Shown one piece after another: positions 56,418 through 58,795 of a stretch of 58,795 nt of DNA. Numbering within the stretch: the stretch's first letter is position 1; the number at the start of each line of letters is the position of its first letter. The position numbers and the translations under genes are program-made. The notes under the pieces are model-generated. The model had not been told where the DNA came from. It saw only the letters and a program-made list of their open reading frames with translations, and ran no database searches. Source of the DNA: a bacterium (GTDB taxonomy: Bacteria; Patescibacteriota; Saccharimonadia; UBA4664; JBBRNT01); assembly GCA_043767845.1 (NCBI GenBank), contig JAYUFZ010000024.1, forward strand, positions 1 through 58,795. Direction: 5' to 3'.

Positions 56418-57734
56418 ATGAAAGTTGCCATTCTGGGATACGGAGTCGAAGGCCAAAGCGCCTGCAAATACTGGGCTAGCCTCGGTGCCGAGATTACTGT
56501 TTGTGATGCTAAAACCGATATCGCTACGCCAGACAGTGTAGCCCGCCAACTGGGCTCTGATTACTTGTCGGATCTAGGCGATTTTGACCTGCTCGTCCGC
56601 ACGCCCGGTATCCGGCCCGATAAGATCACTGCTGCTAATCCCGACCAGCCTGATATCTTAGCTAAAGTCACCTCCAATGTCCGCGAGTTCATGGACAAAT
56701 GTCCAGCCCCGATCATCGGCGTCACTGGGACCAAGGGAAAGGGGACGACCTCGACGCTGATAGCCCGCATGCTTGAGGCGGCCGGTAAGACAGTCTATTT
56801 GGCAGGTAATATCGGCCTTGCACCTTTGGACGTACTAGCAGAGATCAAAGAGGGGGACTATGTGGTCTTGGAGCTCTCGAGCTTCCAATTAATTGATGCC
56901 ACAAAAAGCCCGCATATTGCTGTCTGCCTGATGATCGCCCCGGACCACTTGAACTGGCATACCGATATGGACGAATATGTCGAGGCCAAGGCCCAGATAT
57001 TTACCCACCAGTCCGAATCTGATATTGCCATATATTATGCCCAGAACGAGCTGTCTCAACAGATCGGCAGCCGCTCAGTGGGTAGAAAACTACCTTATTT
57101 TGACATATCCACAGCCCATGTAGATGAGTCAGAGGATAAAACCTTAAAAGTGGGTGATGTAGTAATCTGTAAACTCAGCCAAGTGGGTTTGGTCGGTCCG
57201 CACAATGTGCAGAACATTTGCGCTGCTTTGAACGCGGTGTGGACGGTGACGCAGGATGTGGAGGCCTTGGCCCAAGCGATCAAGGATTTTAAAGGCCTCG
57301 AGCATCGTATCGAGTATGTGGCTACAAAACGTGGTATTAAATACATCAACGATTCTTTTGCTGTTCAGCCCGAGGCGGCGGCAGCGGCCATCGAGTCTTT
57401 CTCGGAGCCGAAGGTGCTTATCTTGGGAGGATCGGACAAGGGGTCGCCATACGACCACCTGGCCTCTGTGGTGAAAGCCGGTAACGTACGCGACGTGATA
57501 CTGATCGGGTCTACGGCCGAGGCTATAGCCGCAGCGCTCGATAAAGTCGGTTTTACCACGTACCTGATTGGCCCGGACACTATGCCAATGATTGTCCACG
57601 CCGCTACGGCCGCCGCCCAACCGGGTGATGTAGTACTACTCTCCACAGCCTGCGCCAGTTTCGACATGTTCAAAGACTACAAAGACCGTGGCAACCAGTT
57701 TAAGGCGGCCGTTTTGGCGCTGGAGGACAAGTAG
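56418..57734 (+). CDS. murD: UDP-MurNAc-L-Ala:glutamate ligase (MurD; possibly the L-Glu-adding MurD2)
   Basis: GVTGTKGKGTT, GNIG, ELSSFQ, DHL.WH, HRIE, NDS, GGSDKG, S.ACASFD.F..Y..RG. Confidence 0.95.
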   Translation: MKVAILGYGVEGQSACKYWASLGAEITVCDAKTDIATPDSVARQLGSDYLSDLGDFDLLVRTPGIRPDKITAANPDQPDILAKVTSNVREFMDKCPAPIIGVTGTKGKGTTSTLIARMLEAAGKTVYLAGNIGLAPLDVLAEIKEGDYVVLELSSFQLIDATKSPHIAVCLMIAPDHLNWHTDMDEYVEAKAQIFTHQSESDIAIYYAQNELSQQIGSRSVGRKLPYFDISTAHVDESEDKTLKVGDVVICKLSQVGLVGPHNVQNICAALNAVWTVTQDVEALAQAIKDFKGLEHRIEYVATKRGIKYINDSFAVQPEAAAAAIESFSEPKVLILGGSDKGSPYDHLASVVKAGNVRDVILIGSTAEAIAAALDKVGFTTYLIGPDTMPMIVHAATAAAQPGDVVLLSTACASFDMFKDYKDRGNQFKAAVLALEDK

Positions 57735-58795
57735 TGGCAAGCTACAAAGAATTTATCTTCGAAGGCTACGATTTTGATGCCCGTTTGCGTGTTGCAACGC
57801 TGCGCTATAGCTACGATGGGGAGCTACATTTTAGCGAACAATTTAGCTTTTTATTCGCGTCGATCGAGGGCTATAACCAGGCCGCTTTAGACATAGCGGT
57901 ACGTGGATTGTGGCTTATGGCAGGCATTTCTTACTATAAGGCCTATCTCTTGGACACAATAGTTATACGGGGTATTTCGCTCACCGAAAATGAAGCTGCT
58001 TTCTACTCGCGCAGCTACGAAATGGGCCTTGGTGAGCTGCTCTACCGCAACGGTCTGGATGTCGGTAAAAAGATCCATTTCCCGTCCGAAAACGGTCAAA
58101 AAGCCGAGCCAGAGGTGCTCATTAATCTTTCTGGCGCACTTGTCCCGCTCGGCGGCGGCAAGGACTCGCTGCTTTCAAGCGACATCCTCCTGCAGGCTGG
58201 ATCAGACTTCACCACCTGGACAGTCGGCCATAGTGATCGTTTCGCAGATATGACACGAATCATCGGCCGTCCCCATCTGGCCGTCGAGCGCCATCTTGAC
58301 CAGCGGATCTTTGACCTCAATGAGCAGGGCGCCTACAACGGGCATGTACCGATTACAGGTATTCTGGCTTTTGCGATGGTAATCTCGGCTATATTGAGCG
58401 GTAAATCCGATATTGTCATGTCGCTGGAAGCCAGCGCCGGCGAGCCGACACTGGTAGTAGGTGGGATACCGGTCAATCATCAATACTCGAAGACGTTAGA
58501 GTTCGAGAAGGGGATCAGCGACTACATCCATCAAAACATCTCACCCGATATCAACTTCTTTTCAATATTACGGCCACTAACCGAGCTACACATAGCAAAG
58601 CTATTTAGCGAAAGGTTATGGGATCGTTTCGCTGGCCATTTCTCCTCCTGCAACCGGAACTTCGGCCTGGAGACAACCGGCCAACTCATCTGGTGTGGCC
58701 ACTGCCCGAAATGCGCCTTCGTCTTTCTCTTATTCGCGCCATTTGTAGGCAGGGAAGAGCTGATTAAAACATTTGATAATAAAAACCCGCTGGCT
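57734..58795 (+). CDS. murL: MurL-like UDP-MurNAc-L-Ala-L-Glu epimerase (3'-truncated; not in the ORF track)
   Basis: GTG overlapping the murD stop; manual translation gives GISYYKA, GGGKDS, GAYNGHVP.T, NHQYSK, FSSCNRNF, WCGHCPKC.FVF. Confidence 0.8.
   Translation, partial: MASYKEFIFEGYDFDARLRVATLRYSYDGELHFSEQFSFLFASIEGYNQAALDIAVRGLWLMAGISYYKAYLLDTIVIRGISLTENEAAFYSRSYEMGLGELLYRNGLDVGKKIHFPSENGQKAEPEVLINLSGALVPLGGGKDSLLSSDILLQAGSDFTTWTVGHSDRFADMTRIIGRPHLAVERHLDQRIFDLNEQGAYNGHVPITGILAFAMVISAILSGKSDIVMSLEASAGEPTLVVGGIPVNHQYSKTLEFEKGISDYIHQNISPDINFFSILRPLTELHIAKLFSERLWDRFAGHFSSCNRNFGLETTGQLIWCGHCPKCAFVFLLFAPFVGREELIKTFDNKNPLA

Noticed and set aside
1183-58483. Numerous 60-270 aa ORFs antisense to or nested in known genes (e.g. 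17035-17838, 11001-11618, 30469-31083, 5756-6382)
   Set aside because: They are shadow frames of well-supported genes with no motifs or independent expression signals.

Overview
A 58.8-kb bacterial chromosome segment of mostly + strand housekeeping genes. Gene content and order suggest a Patescibacteria/CPR organism, probably Saccharimonadia-like; this is an inference. In order, it holds: rpsO-pnp-udg, two tandem RNase J paralogs, MFS, murB, ftsK, a rodZ-like gene, yajQ, a HopA1-like orphan, a HAD hydrolase, a lone ferredoxin, recA-recX, rpsF-ssb-rpsR-efp-tlyA, a phd-doc toxin-antitoxin pair directly upstream of ychF, a ~16-kb monoderm-type type IV pilus locus, a Xer-like recombinase, an O-antigen-ligase/TPR protein, mnmG, uppP-dedA-M16 peptidase-SPFH-ndk, tRNA-Arg(CCT), and murD followed by a truncated murL-like gene. 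The most striking structure is a ~4-kb island between mnmG and uppP. It contains a REP-associated tyrosine (HUH) transposase and four same-orientation ~40-bp palindromes, which bracket the transposase and partition the cargo genes (membrane protein, MOSC, PlsX, EEP hydrolase) in an integron-like layout. A second pattern is two expression styles. Many core genes look leaderless, whereas several accessory genes are stand-alone units with a promoter, a boxA-like leader motif and a terminator. All functional calls come from motif recognition by eye; no database searches were run.
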